From Rhizaria sp. SCN 62-66 (lineage: Eukaryota): a stretch of 33,263 nt of DNA. Shown piece by piece: positions 1 to 12,913 of this stretch. The notes under the pieces were generated by a model. The model was not told the DNA's origin. It did no database searches and saw nothing but the letters and a program-made list of their open reading frames with translations. Each line of letters opens with the position of its first letter. The stretch's first letter is position 1. The stretch spans positions 1-33,263 of the forward strand of contig MEDY01000331.1 of NCBI GenBank assembly GCA_001724265.1. The letters run 5' to 3'. The position numbers and the translations under genes were made by a program.

Positions 1-1
1 C

Positions 2-139
2 CGCACCGCCCGCAAGGCGTACAAGTACTTCGGCACCCCCGGCACCCCCGGCTCCAAGACTCGCCCCTTCGTCGAGTCCAAGGGCCGCAAGTTCGAGCGT
101 GGACGTGGTCGTCGCTCTTCCATGGGCTTCAAGGTCTAA
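2..139 (+). CDS. RPL18: 60S ribosomal protein eL18, C-terminal fragment (5' partial)
   Basis: Frame from base 2 reads [45 protein letters not shown] then TAA (137-139), matching the conserved eL18 C-terminus ([27 protein letters not shown]). Not in the ORF track. Confidence 0.95.
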   Translation, partial: RTARKAYKYFGTPGTPGSKTRPFVESKGRKFERGRGRRSSMGFKV

Positions 140-626
140 GCGTCTTGTCCGCCAAAGCCAAAAAAAGCACCGGGTGTCACGGCGGCGCTCGCAATGGACG
201 CGGCAAAGCCGTCCAGTCCGTCGCGGTTGCCGTCGCAACACTCTCTCAAGGCATACGACCGTCCTGCGTGTGTCACCCTAATGTTGTCTACAAGTCACTC
301 AATCCACTCAATACAACATCTGAATCCAATCCATTTCTTCCCCTTGCTGTGCTCTATCTCTCATGCTCATTTTGTGCTTGATTCGTTGTCCCACCACAAT
401 TTGCCTTGGCGTTCGATGATCTTCGACGAGTCAGCAGATTTGTATTGAACATCCTTCATTAGCCCAACCGTTATTCTCAGTGTTACGAGCACTATCAGCA
501 TTTAAACTAACATTTGAATACTATATCTTTTTGAATGTTCTTTCTCGAGCTACTCTTTTCTGTTTCCTACTGTCTCAAAGATCTCGCTTTGCATCTCCCC
601 TTTGCTCCGCCAACACAGCTTCGCCA

Positions 627-1014
627 ATGTCCGCCCCCGGCCACAGTGGGGCTGCCCCGTACCAGTCGTACTTCTCCCAGAACCCCTGGTCCCCGAAGAA
701 CATCTTTTGGACCGCGGTAGATGTTGTCACTCTCTATTTCCGCACCCTGGTCGATCCGACTGCCGACCAGGCCTTCGCCCCCGGACACAACAACGCTAGC
801 GGTGCTTCCGGCGCAGGCTCCGGCAGCAGTGGCGCTGCCGCAGGCGGCCAGGGCGGTGCGGCGCAGCAGCCTCTGCGTCGCCCCGGCGGCTCCTCTAATA
901 TCCACGGTTGTACGTTTCATATTATGCTTGCTTTTCACTAGATTGCTAACTGACTATTCGGGTGTGTCAGTGACTGACTTTCCACAAGTCAGCTCATATG
1001 AGGCCTCGATCTGA
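627..1014 (+). CDS. SELENOK: Selenoprotein K (SelK/SelG)-like small ER membrane protein; simplest model join(627..909,971..1014), C-terminus unresolved
   Basis: ATG 627; NPWSPKNIFWTAVDVVTLYFRTLVDP resembles the SelK PW...FW...V.LFF.TL segment, followed by a Gly-rich tail and RRPGGSSNIHG. Intron 910-970 (GTACGT donor, TGCTAAC branch, CAG acceptor) continues in frame as LTDFPQ. Confidence 0.7.
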
Positions 1015-1830
1015 CTATCAATCAAAATATGTTTGGTATAATATGACACAAATGATTAAGTTTATGTTTTTGTTTTCACGTATACGAATTCGGACAATTA
1101 CGCTCACTATCTACTGTTTTTTCTTCTATTATTTTGTTCGTCCCTCACAGTCCGGTAAGAGCCCGATCACTATGATTGATAGCATACCTGTTCCAATCTT
1201 AAACATGGCGCTGCAGCTGTAAAATGTCGTCATACATGCATTTTTATGTGTGTGTTTATCTGCTCATCTCTGCTACGACTCCGTCAGCACCCTTTCACTG
1301 GAGACATCACAAACAACATTTGTTTCTGACTATCTCACACTCGTTACAAAGCCCTCGACTAAATTTGAAGCGCTAATACCGCGCGTAATAAAGCAATTAT
1401 AACATCTCATTCTGACTTAGTTAATCAAATGTGACTTTTCATGAAGAAACATACGTTTCCAGCAGCTTATGTGCGAATATTAACTATGTATTCTTGATAA
1501 ACCTCGCTCCATCATCCTAAAGATACATCGTCACAGACAGACAGGTTGGAAACGTAAGCAAACTCAAACCTGCAGTAGCTTAGTTGCTTAGGTTGCACTT
1601 TCTTTCTATCACAATGATGCTCTTCTTATTTACCGACAGTGCGTGTTTTTTGATGTGAAAAACAAAATCAAACCAACAGCCATTCTTGCGGCTATATGAA
1701 GTTATTACTTTACATTGATACATATTTTGATTAAAAACAAATAAAGAAATTACGTCGAATCAAAAATCACTCTGATGACATCCTCATCCTTCCATCAGTG
1801 CCAGGAGACACAGCTTACGAAGATTCGGGA

Positions 1831-1981
1831 TTACGCCGCGTGGTTATTCGCGCCATCGTCCTCGTCCTCGTCCTCATACATGTACTCGTCTTCTTCGTCG
1901 TAGTACTCGTACTCTTCCTCATCGACCTCGGGGTCGGCCTCGGAGCCGGCCGCAGGCGCAGTAGCAGCAGTAGCAGCGGCA

Positions 1982-2012
<31 letters not shown>

Positions 2013-5000
2013 AGGCAGCCGGGACAGGCGCAGCCAAGTCAGCGACAGCAGCCGGAGCAGCAGCCGGGGCGCTGCTGTCGGCGCTGGGGACGGCGACGGC
2101 GGGCGTGCGCGGCGCGTCGAGGTGCGCGTGCGACGTGGGGGCCGCAGGCGACACGGGCGGGCTTGCACTCGCGTTCGCACTCGCGCTTGCGGGGGACGCC
2201 AGGCTGTTGCCGGATTTGGGCGTCGCGCCCGCGACGACACCAACAGGAGCAGCAGCAGGAGCAACGGCAGCGGCGGCAGCATGGTCGAGTTCGACGTCGC
2301 CCTCGTCGCCCATGTCCTCGTCCTCCTCGTCGGTGTACACGTAGTCCTCCTCCTCGTCCTCGCCGGGCTGTGCGAGCGCGGCCGGGGCGGCGTCGGCCGC
2401 GGGCGCCGCGCTGGGCCGGACCTGCGGCGAGCCCTGGGCCGGCGGGGGCGGCGGGAGCGCGCCGGAGAGATGCGCTTGCGGGCCCGCCGTGCTGGGCTCG
2501 ACGTCCTCCTCTTCCTCCTCGTCCTCGTACTCTTCCTCGTCCTCGTAGACGTTGCCCTCGTCGTCGGCGACCACGGTCATGTGTCCGTGGCCGTCGAGTC
2601 CGCCCGCGAGCATCCCGTCTTTCTTGAGTTCGCGCGCAGCGGCGATCGTCGGCGTCGCGGGCTCGCTCGTGGGGCCGCGCTCCACCACGGGCCGCAGCGC
2701 GGGCGGCAACTCGTCGGCGTACACGCACCCGCCGTCGTCGTCGCCGCTCACGGCGGCCGCGGTGAGGCGCATGAAGCGCTCGCTGGCGTCCTCGCGGTAG
2801 CGCATCACGCGCTGCTCGATCGCGCCGGGCGCCTCGACGTGCGTGAGCCTGCGCGCGCGCGCCCACAGCTCGGCGGGCGCCCACGCCGACGGGGCCGCGC
2901 CGGCGCCCGAGGCGAGGGTCCAGGCCTCGCGCTGGTAGAGCTCGACCTGGAGGTAGAGCACGCCTGTGGGGTGCAGCGCGTCCTGGAAGGCCGACAGTGC
3001 GGCCACGATGAGCTCCACCTGCAGCGGCAGCGACGCGCGCGCCGAGGGCGGCAGGTGCACCAGCGCGGCCGATGCGGCGCCCAGCACGGTCGAGCCGGCG
3101 TCCGCGTTGGCCGCCGCGCCGCCGAGAAAGGCCGAGGCGTTGGTGGTCATGCCGGCGACCGAGACCGAGGCGGCGCGGCCCTGCATCCCGGCGCGGCCGC
3201 CGCGGATCGTCTCGGCGCTCGCGCCGTGGGCCTTGAGCGCGTTGACCGCGGCGACGTTGCCGCCACGCGTCTTGGCGGCGGCCGCGACGCCCAGACGCTC
3301 AAGCCACGAGGGGCCCTGCGTGGCGGAGCACGCCCAGCGCGTGCGCGCGTCGCTGCCGAGGAGCTTGTTGTGCGTGTTGGCGGTGGGGAAGAGCAGCTGC
3401 AGCCGCGCCCAGAGCGCGTAGCCGAGCGCGCGCTGCCAGTGCGTGGCCGAGAACGCCCACGGGTTGACCAGCGTGGCCAGCGACGTGAAGTGGCGGTACG
3501 CCGCGGCGTCCCACTGCGGCGCGAGCGCGAGGCGCACCGTCTTGTGCTGCTGCAGCGCGACGAGCGTGTCGACGAGCGCAGTGATGCAGAGGGCGTCGAC
3601 GTCGCGCGAGTCGTCCCACACGTAGCGCGTGCCGGCGCCCTCGCTCGCGCCGAAGGAGCCGCCACCGCCGAGGTGGCTGTGAGCAGTCGCGCCGTAGCCG
3701 GGGCCGCCACCGGAGCCCAGCTGCGGGCCCATCTCGGGCGCCAGACCCAGCGACACGGCAATGTTGTCCACAACAGCCTGAGAGAGAAAAGAAAAGGAAA
3801 CAAAAGGATAAAAGAAACATCGTGAGATTATCAGAAAACGCCAAGATATGCGTTTGGGGTTTTAGAATGCAGAAATTAGACGTACGAGGTCAACGTGGGC
3901 GTGCGAGGGGAGGTTCACGGTGACGGAGGCGGGGACGGCGCGCGACTGCGTGGTCGCGAGCAGGTCGTCCGACACGGCCGTGGTGGTGTGCGCGCGGTAG
4001 CGTTGCGCGTGGTAGTGCGCGCGCACATGGATCTGGGCCTGGCCGAGCGAGAAGAAGTTGCGCAGCACGGACCAGACTGACACGCCGCGGATCGACGTCG
4101 ACACCGCGGGGCCCTGTTGCTGTTGAGCGCTGGCGGCGGTACCGGCAGTGGCGCCAGCGGCCGCGGCCGCAGTGTTGGGGACGAGGCGGTGCGTGTGCGC
4201 GCGCGCGATGAGCTCCGCGAAGAGCGCGGCGGGCGGGGCGGCGACGACGGTGAGCGGCGAGAGCTCGAACACGTCGGCCGTATGCACGACGAGGGGCAGC
4301 GTGGCGGGCAGCCAGGAGGACAGCGCGATGGGCCGCGTGCGGTGCGCGAGCAGCCCCAGCACGGCGGCCATGTGGCTGGTGCGCGAAATAGGGATGCCGC
4401 CGCCGGGCGCGGGCGTGCGGCGGCGGATGAAGTGGTGGCGCACCTTGGCGTCCAGCAGCACAGCCTCCTCGGTCATTGCCACGCGGCGCGCGGTGTGCAG
4501 GTACGTCAGCACCTGCGGCAGCGCCCAGGCGACCGCCGAGGCCGTGTTGTGGGCCAGCGACGGCACCGACAGCACGGGCGCGCCCGCCGTCGCCATCGCT
4601 GCCGACGCGGCGCCCGCGAACGAGCGCTGCGGCACGGAGAAAACGGCGCTGGCGAGCGTCAGGTGGGGCGCCACGAAGCGGTTGATGGCCTTGGCGAGGT
4701 GGTCAAGCAGGAACAGACGCGCCTTGACGCCCAGTCCGTACAGCGTCGACACGAGCGAGGGCAGGTCGACGAGGCGCGGGCGGCCCGCGAGGCGCTCCTG
4801 CGAGCGCGCGAGCACGGCGGCGACGTTGTCGGCGGCCAGCGAGGCGGCCTCGTCGGCGTCCGAGTCATCCTCGGGGTCCACGGCGCCGCGCCCGGGCAGC
4901 GGCGCGCCGGCTGCCTCGAGCCCGCCCAACGAGGACTGGAGCAACCCGACCTGCTGCAGCCGCAGCCACGCGCTCGAGAGAGCCAAGTCGAGTCCGCGCA

Positions 5001-8000
5001 GCAGCGCCGCGTCGGCCGCGGCTGCGGCGGGGTTCAGCGAAGCCGTGACCGAGGCCGAGCCCGCGGCGCCGGAGGCCGAGGCGCCAGCGCCGCCCGCGGA
5101 AGCAGAGGCGGAGCCAGCCTTGGCGCCGGCGTCGGCAGAAGAACCAGCGCCGTTGTCGCCGCTGTTGTTCTTGTCGCCGCTGCCGTTGCCGCTGCCGTCT
5201 TTGTCGCCGTCGTTGCCCGCGCCGTCGCCGCCGTTGGCGCCGTTGCCGTCGCCGTTGGCACCGCCGTCGTCCTTGCCCTTGCCGCCCGCGCTGCCGCTGC
5301 CGTCAGCGCCGTCACAGTCGCCGCCGTTGCCGCTGCCGTCGGCCGCCATCGCGCCCTCGGTCGCCGTCTTGCCGCCGGCGTTCTTGCTACCCGCGGACGC
5401 GGACGACGCGGATGAGGAGGCCGAGGCAGACGCGGCGGCGGAGGCCGAGGCGTGTGCAGCGCGGAGCTGGGCACGCCAGCCCTCGTGCAGGTGGTACAGC
5501 ACCTTGACCATGTCTTGGTCGAGCGCGGTGCCTGCGGCGGCGACGGCCTCGGCGCGCGTCACGCCCGCGGCCTCGCCCTCGAGCCCGCCACTAGCGACGG
5601 ACGCCGAGGCCGAGGCCGACGATAGACTGCGGCGCGCGGCGCGCAGCACGGCGGCCGGCAGCGCGGGCGCCGGGAGCCAGCGCGTGGCGACGGCCTCGGC
5701 GCCTGCGACGCGGCGGCCTGCGGCGGCGTCGACGGCGTCGAGGTTGGGGTCGGCGAGCCAGACGAAGAGGCGCAGCAGGTGGAACAGCGCCTCGAGCGGC
5801 GGGTGACCCAGCACGAGCTGCCGCACGCGGTCGCTCTCGGGCCGCGCCGCGACCTCGGAGAGCAGGTCGAGCGCGGAGCGGAAGCGGCAGCGCTGGACGA
5901 GAGCGTGCACGAGCGAGAGCACGAGCGCGGCGTTAACGTCGGGCGTGTCGTTGTAGAACGAGTCGTCCACAAGCCGGTTCATCGCGGCCGAGCCAGCGTC
6001 GAGTTCCTGCGCCGTCTCAGCCTCGGCGTTGGCGGCGGCGTCGGCGGCGTCGGCCGCGGCGGCCTCGTCGTCCTCGCTGCCGTTGCCGTCGCGGTCCGCG
6101 CCGCGTTCGTCGTCGTCCTCGTCATCGTCGTCATCGTCGTCGTGCAGCGCGTTGGTGTGGTGGCTGCGGCGCGCGATGCGGGCCGCGCGGCGCATCTGCC
6201 GCTGCGCCTCGCGCTGTTGGCGCGCGATCACGCGGCGCTTCGCAGCGGCATCGCGCAGCGCACGGCGGCGCGCGGCACCGTCCTCGTCGGCCCACGGTAC
6301 GCGCGCGCCGGGCTCGAGCAGAGGGAAGGCCTCGCAGCCGACGAGCGCGACGGGCAGCGTCGCCAGACTGTCAGCCGTCATCATCGCCGGCGTGCGCGCA
6401 GTGTAGCTCGCGAGCGCGCGCGACACGGCGGCGTCCTTGTCGAACTTGGGCAGCGCGGCCAGCGCGGCGGCCGCGGCCGTGACGGGTTTCTTGGCGCGCG
6501 CGGCGGCGATCTGCGCGGGCAGCGTGGGGTGCGCGGCGTCGAACTCGGCCTGCGCGGCGTCCGTGATGGCCGCCACGTGTGTCTTGCGCGCCGCGTTGAT
6601 AAGGTCGGTGACGACGTCGGCGTTGGCGCGCACCTTGGCGCGCGCGGCCGAAGTCGCGCGGTCATACTGCTCCTCGAGCAGCGCGCGCGAGACGATGGCG
6701 ACGCCGTGCTCCTCGTGGCCCAGTTCCGTCTCGATGTGCGCGCGCACGGGCTCGCCGGCCGCGCGGGACAGCGCGTGCACGGCGCCCGCGGCCGCTGAGG
6801 CGCGGGTCGTGTACCAGCCCTCGCTCGACAGCGCCGCGAGCAGCCGCTTGGGGCCCAGCTTTACCGAGTGCAGGTCGTAGACCGTCATGAGCCACATCGC
6901 GCGGGCGCCGCAGCGGCGCGCGGCCAGCGACAGACGCGCGCGCTCGACCGGAGTCAGTCCCACGGCGGGCAGCGGGGAGCCCGCGAAGCGCGCGGTGGCG
7001 ACCGGGGCGGCGTTGGCGGCGATAGGGGCTTCGCGGGCGAGCGCGCGCGCCTTCTCGACGGCGTCGGCGTCGAGCAGTGCGCGCCACGAGGCGGCCGCGA
7101 GCACGAGGGCGCGGATGACCTGCAGCGCGCTCTCGGCACGGTCACGGTCCATGTGCGCGGCCACGGCGGGCGGCACCACGACGCCGCTGGACACGGCCGA
7201 CTGGTGGTCGTGTTGTTGCTGCTGAGCGGAGCGCGCCTGGCTGGCAGCGGCGGCGCGGGTCGCGGCGAGGCGGCCGCGCGAGAGCGGGACGCTGCTGCGG
7301 ACGGCGCTATTGTTGTTGTACCCACCGTAGCCGTTGCCGTCGGCGTCAGCGTCGGCGTCGGCGAGCAGCGAAGACGCGAGCAGACGGCCCGAGGCGCCGA
7401 GACGGAGCGCGGCGACGGCGGACTCAGAGAGCATGTCAGCCGCGCCCATGAGCGCGGTCGCGTGAAGCTTCTCGTCACGCGTCGAGTAGAGCGACTGCGG
7501 GTAGCCGGCGCCGGGGAGCTGCTTGAGCGCGGCGCCGCGGGGGCCCGTGGCGGCGCGGACGGCCTCGATGCGCGGCGGCACGGAGCCAGGCGCCGAGAGC
7601 GACGTGACGGCGGCGTCGACGGGCGGCAGCACGGTGCGCCGCAGCAGCACGGCGGCCGTCTGGTAGTAGAAGGCGGCGCGCAGCGCGAGCGGTGCAGCCG
7701 TGGCGTCGAGCTGGTGCAGCGCCGTGTCGATGAGCGCGGCGCGGTCGGGCGCCGAGACGCCGCCGATGTCCTCGATCGCGGCCACGGCGTCGAGCTCCTG
7801 CAGCAGCGCTGTGTACGTCACCTCGGCCAGCGCGTCGGTCGACGACAGCACGGCGCCGGCGGCGCGTGCGGCCGCGTTGGACGGAGCCGGCGCGGCGCCG
7901 TCGACAACGATAACGTCGTCGTCGTTCTTGCCCGTAGCATCGCCAGAAGCGTCGGAGGAGTCCTTCTTGGACTTGGACTTGGCCTTGTCGTTGCCATCGT

Positions 8001-11000
8001 TCTTGTCGGCGCCGTCCTCGTCGTCGTTATCTTGGTCGTCAGCGTCGTCACTGTCGCCGTCCTTGCTCTCGTCCTTGTTCCCGCCGTTCTTGCCCTTCTT
8101 GCCGCCGGGGTTGTTGTTGCGGCGAGTCTGACGGATCACGAACGAGCCGTCGTGTGCCACGGACACCTCAGTCTTGGTCGCCGCGGCGGGCGCGTTGGCC
8201 GCCACAACGCCCGCAGGCAGCGTGACCAGGCCGCCGGGCAGGCGCGACAGCGGCTCGAGGCCCTCGGTCCACGAGTAGGACAGGAACAGCGACTCAAGGT
8301 AGCGCCGGTCGTAGTCGGTCAGAAACGACTGCAGCGCGAGGAAGCGCTCCCAGAGGTGCTTGCAGACTGCGCGCGACCACGCGGCCTGGCCCAGCCACAC
8401 CTTGCGGTCGCCTAGCCGCACCACAGCCGAGGTCGCGGGCACGGCCACGGGCTCGATGCCGCCGCCGACCGCGTACAGCCCGTGGCTGGCGACGGCCGCA
8501 GCGGCCGCGGCGGCGTCTCCCGCGGCGGCGGCGGCGGCGGCGGCGGCCCCGGCGGCAGCGTGCGCGGCGCGGGCCTTGCCGGCGTTGTACTCCTGACGCG
8601 CGCAGTCCTGGCGGTGCAGCTCGGCGGCAAAGAGCGCGAAGCAGTACTCGGCGGGCGCGTCAGCGCCGCCGTTGGTCTCGTCGTCGACGGTCGCGGAGCT
8701 GATGTGCGCCAGCTGCGCCAGCGCCAGCGCGGCCGGGTCGTCGTCCAGGTCCAGCGCGGCGCGCTCGCGCGGGGTGAGCGTGGCCAGCACCTGCTCGTGC
8801 AGACGGACCTGCGCGTACTTGATCCACGGCGCGGCGGCCGACGGGGACGCAAAGTTGGAGTGAGCCGAGAGCGAGGCCGACAGCGGCGGCTTGGCGAACT
8901 GGCGGCGGCGGAACGCGGCGAGGAAGGCCACGAAGTGCGCGATGGGGTCCGAGGGGAAGCACACGCGGACGAGCGTGCGCAGCATGTTAAACTGCCCCGT
9001 CTGCAGCATCGTCGACATAAGCAACGCGACCTTCTCCAGGCGCTGCGCGTTGATGTCGGCCAGACCGGCGTAGAGCGCGTTGCGCACAACTACCGCGTTC
9101 GCGCCAGCAGCACCACTAGCAGGGGCAGCCGAGCTGGAGGCAGAGTCAGCAGCGCTATTGCTCACGGTCATGACCTGGAGCTCGGGGACTGCAATCTTGG
9201 CCGAGAGCGCCTTGTCCTTCCCGTCGGGCCACGCCAGCACGTAGCGCGACGGCTTGGACACGATGTCGAGGATAGCCTGGAGCGGGAGACCGCGGGAGCG
9301 GTCCTTGGGCGGCGCGGCGAAGATCATCTGCGCCAGCCAGACCTGCTCGCGCTCGGTCAGCACGACGACGTGCTGGAGCACGCGCTCGACCACGGTCATG
9401 GCCTCGTGGTCGGCGGCGATCTGCTCCGCGCCCGCCGAGGCCGCTGAGGACAGCGCCTCGTACGACGGAGGAGCCGTCATGACACCGCCGCGGCGCGGGG
9501 GCAGCGCGAGGATCTGCGCCAGCACGGCCGAGGGGCGCAGGCCGGTCTGGAGCAGCGAGAGTAGCACCGTGACGAGCTCCGTCTCGGCCGTCTTCTTCTC
9601 CAGGTGCGCGTCCACGTCCGACACCGGGACGGGCTTCTCGTTGGCCGCGACGGCGGCCGCGGCCGCCGCAGCGGTGGAGCCCGGGGCGGGGTACGTGGTG
9701 TCGATCGTGGGCGTCGCGCGCCACCACTGGTCGAGCTCGAGCGGGAGCGGGACGTAGAAGAGCAGGCACAGCGACGCTACGACGCGCAGCACGTGGCCGG
9801 GCGGAGGGATCACACCCGAGAACGACTGCACAGGCTGGCCCTTGAGCTTGATCGGACTCGCGCCGGCGCCCGCGACGGGGATGCCGTGGGCCGAGGCCGC
9901 GGTGTAGTAAACCGTGACGAGTGCCTTGATGAGCCACCACAGCTCGGCATCCTCCTTGACCGCGGGGTCGTAGATCAGACTGCTGGCCGCGGGCCACGCT
10001 TGACCCAGGTCGCCCAGGTGCGTCCAGCGGCCCGCGCGTGCCAGGCCCTGCGCCAGCGCCACGGACGCCAAGTCCTGCGTCGTCGCGTGCGCCGTCGCGG
10101 CGGGCTTCGGCGGCAGCGCCAGCGGGGAGCGCACGCCCGTCGTGTCGAACTCGGCCGCGGCCGCGATGGCCGTGGGGTTGTACGCGTCCGCGATCCACTC
10201 GACGGCGATGGTGCACAGCGAGAGGCACAGCGAGTACATGTGGGTCACGGGCACCGAGCGCGGGCCCGTGCCGGCCGCCGCCGCGGAGGCGGACGACGCC
10301 GCCTGCGCGTGCCGCGCCGCCGCAGCCTTGGCGCTCGCCGCGGCCGCCACAGCGGGGTCCACGGCCGCCGCGCCGCGCGCGTTGATCGACGCGGCGCTGC
10401 TCGCGGCCGCGGCGGCGGAGGCCGTGCGGGCGAGCGCGCCAGTGGCGACCGAGGACTGCCCGCGCTCGCGGTTGCTGCACGACTCGACGACCTGCGCAAA
10501 GGCGTGGCAGCAGTCGTTGAGGCGCTGGAACATGAGCAGCCACGCCAGGCACCCGTCGGGGTCCGCCAGTGCGCGCGCCAGGGCAGCCTTGAGGCGGTCG
10601 TACTCGGCCGCGGTCTCCGCTGAAGACGCAGAGCCGTTGTAGTAAAAGTCGCCCAGGGACGGGTTTTTCAGCACGATGACAGCGTTGGTGATGGCGAGAC
10701 CGGTCTCGTTCTTGACCACGAGCGTCGGCCGCTTGCCGTCGTCGTCGTCGCTCTCGTCGGCGTTTTCCTCCGCGTCGGCCTGCTTGGCCGCTGTCGCGCC
10801 GCCGCCGCCGCGGTTGCGGCCCGTGGCCACAAGCGCCTTAATCGGGTCGAAGTTGCGCAGCGCCAGCCGCGCCGCGGCCGTGCAGAGCCGGTGGCACAGC
10901 GTCTGGATGAGCAGCGGGTCAAACAGCTCGCCACTGGCCGTACGCAGGTAGCCGGGGGGCGCGCCGCCCGCGCCCGAGAGCGACTCGGGGGACGCGGCGG

Positions 11001-12913
11001 CGAGCGCGACGGCGCGGCGCTGGTGCTCCCATGCGATGCGCAGCCCGGCGTTGAAGCCGGCCAGCGCGGCGTGCATCGGCGCGCAGCGCGAGAGCCAGTG
11101 GACGCAGAACTTCTCGAAAAACTCGATGAAGACGTCGATGAAGGTGCCCGAGCGCGCGGCGGCGACGGCGCGGCCGCGGGCGGCGGAAAAGATGTGCGAG
11201 ATGTGGTAGCCCAGGTCCTGCAGCGCAGTCGACAGCGACACGGGGCGCGCGGGCGTGAAGGCGAAGTGCACGCCGCGGTAGTCGCTAGGGTAGAAAGAGA
11301 AGAGCATGTCGTCGAGCGCGTTGTAGGGCTGCAGCGGTACCACGAGCGGGCGCGTCTGGAAGGCCGTCAGCAGCATCACCTGGCGCTCGGGGCGCGGAAC
11401 GAAGCGCAACAGGTGCTTGAAGTTGATGTTGGCGACGTCGCCGGCGTGCTCGGCGAGCGGCTCGAGCGCGTACCACGCGCGGTACGCCTGCAGCGCGGGG
11501 GTGAGCCCGGACGCGTTGAGGTAAGAGCACATGAAGCGATGAAACGGCGAGTACTTACCGAACGGCAGCAGCGCAGAGAGCAGCGCGTTGCGGGTGAAGG
11601 CCTGCTTGGCGGCGCGCAGCTTGTGGTACTCGTCGAGGCTCTCGCCGAACGTGGGGTCGTGGTCCAGGTGCGGCGACAGCGCCAGAGACTCGCGATCGTT
11701 GCGCTGCATGAAGAGCAGGCCAGCACGCGTGAGACGCATGACCACGCGCGTGAAGTCAATCGGCGCAAAGCCGGCAGACGCGGAGCGCACAAACGCAGCG
11801 GTCGAGTAGGGCTCCTGCAGTGAGCCGCCCGCGCCGCCGGAGCCAGAGCTCGAGCTGGAGCTGCTGCTGGTGCTGCCGTTTGCAGTGTCGAGAGCGCCGG
11901 TGACGCGCGCGGCGTGTGAAAGTGAGAGCTGGACGTCGTGCGGATGGATGCGCGTAATACCGAACAGCGCGCGGTTCGCGGGCGTCGACTGGGCCGCGTC
12001 CGCAGCGGCAGACGGGCCCACGGTCGTGAGCGCACGGGCCAGAGCCTCGGCAGCCTGAGGATGAGCATAAAAGACAGGATAAAACATAAATATGAGGATG
12101 CGTTCAAAAAGTAGTTCAATATATGTTTAATTCGAGTTTTGAACGTCTTAAATAGAGAGTTTCAGCTTATGCAGTTTCATATATAAAGCAAGAGCTCCAT
12201 TGATAGATAGATGTAACGCTGCGCTTGTTTCGATCGAGACATACCTGAGCGGCGACCTCGAGCGTGGGCCCCGCGTCGGGGGTGTTGCGCTGCGAAGCCC
12301 TTAGCTTGTTCATCTGCACCTTAGCAAGCGCTGCAGCCGTGAAGAAAGAGACTTCCTGGCGCAGAATAACGCCGCGGCGCGCGAGGTCGTGCAGGATCAT
12401 CTCCTGGAACGGCGGCGGCGCGCGCGCGACGATTGAGGCGAGCACGTGGGGGAACGCGGGCGGCAGCGTGGGACGGCCCATGAACACATACGACATGTCC
12501 GAGGTCTGGTTGAGCGCGGCGCCATTGACGAGGAGGCGCGCGTCGTGCGGGGACAGCGCGCAGCCTTCAAGCGGGAGGTAGTGGATCCACCACCTTACCC
12601 AGTCGGCCTGCTGGTGCTGTATCGCGCACCACAGCTCTGTGAAGTCGGGCGCGGGGAGCTCGGGGGAGATGGGCGTGGAGGCCGAGATCAACCGCATGTT
12701 AATGAGAAGGGACAGGAGCGCCTTGCGCTGCTTGGGGAAGCGCGCAGCGAGCTCGTAGACCTTGCCGAGAGGGAGACGACGCCCGTGGTTGTGTCCGCAG
12801 GGCTCGAGCAGGTCGACGTGGAAGAGCATCTCTTGCACGGTTTTGTGAATGGAGACGATATCTGACACAAGCATGTGCATGTGCAGCGCCTCGAACAAAA
12901 GGTCGAGGCTCAT
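1831..12913 (-). CDS. SPG11: Spatacsin (SPG11)-like alpha-solenoid protein, ~3,594 aa; complement(join(12245..12913,3886..12054,1831..3777))
   Basis: Three ORF-track ORFs join in phase 0 through introns 12055-12244 (GTATGT..CAG) and 3778-3885 (GTACGT..CAG). Collinear motifs recall spatacsin: ELWCAIQHQQADWVRWWI, EMILHDLARRGVIL, DFTRVVMRLTRAG, FHRFMCSYL, LVRVCFPSDPIAHFVAFLAAF, YDRRYLESLF, ALGYALWARL, VELIVAALSAFQDALHPTGVLYL. Start codon uncertain. Confidence 0.7.

Noticed and set aside
1425-1670. SECIS candidates (GTGAC..AAA..GA near 1431-1478; ATGAT..TGAT near 1614-1655)
   Set aside because: Helix II pairing is poor or the apical AA is missing.
1813-1818. GTAAGC donor-like hexamer 12 nt after the SPG11-like stop (minus strand)
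   Set aside because: No clear partner acceptor or further coding exon; at most a 3' UTR intron.
1798-12119. Many long antisense and alternate-frame ORFs (e.g. 1798..3825 +, 4148..5806 +, 6868..8415 +)
   Set aside because: Shadow ORFs from extreme GC3 bias of the real minus-strand gene; translations are Arg/Gly-rich with no family motifs.
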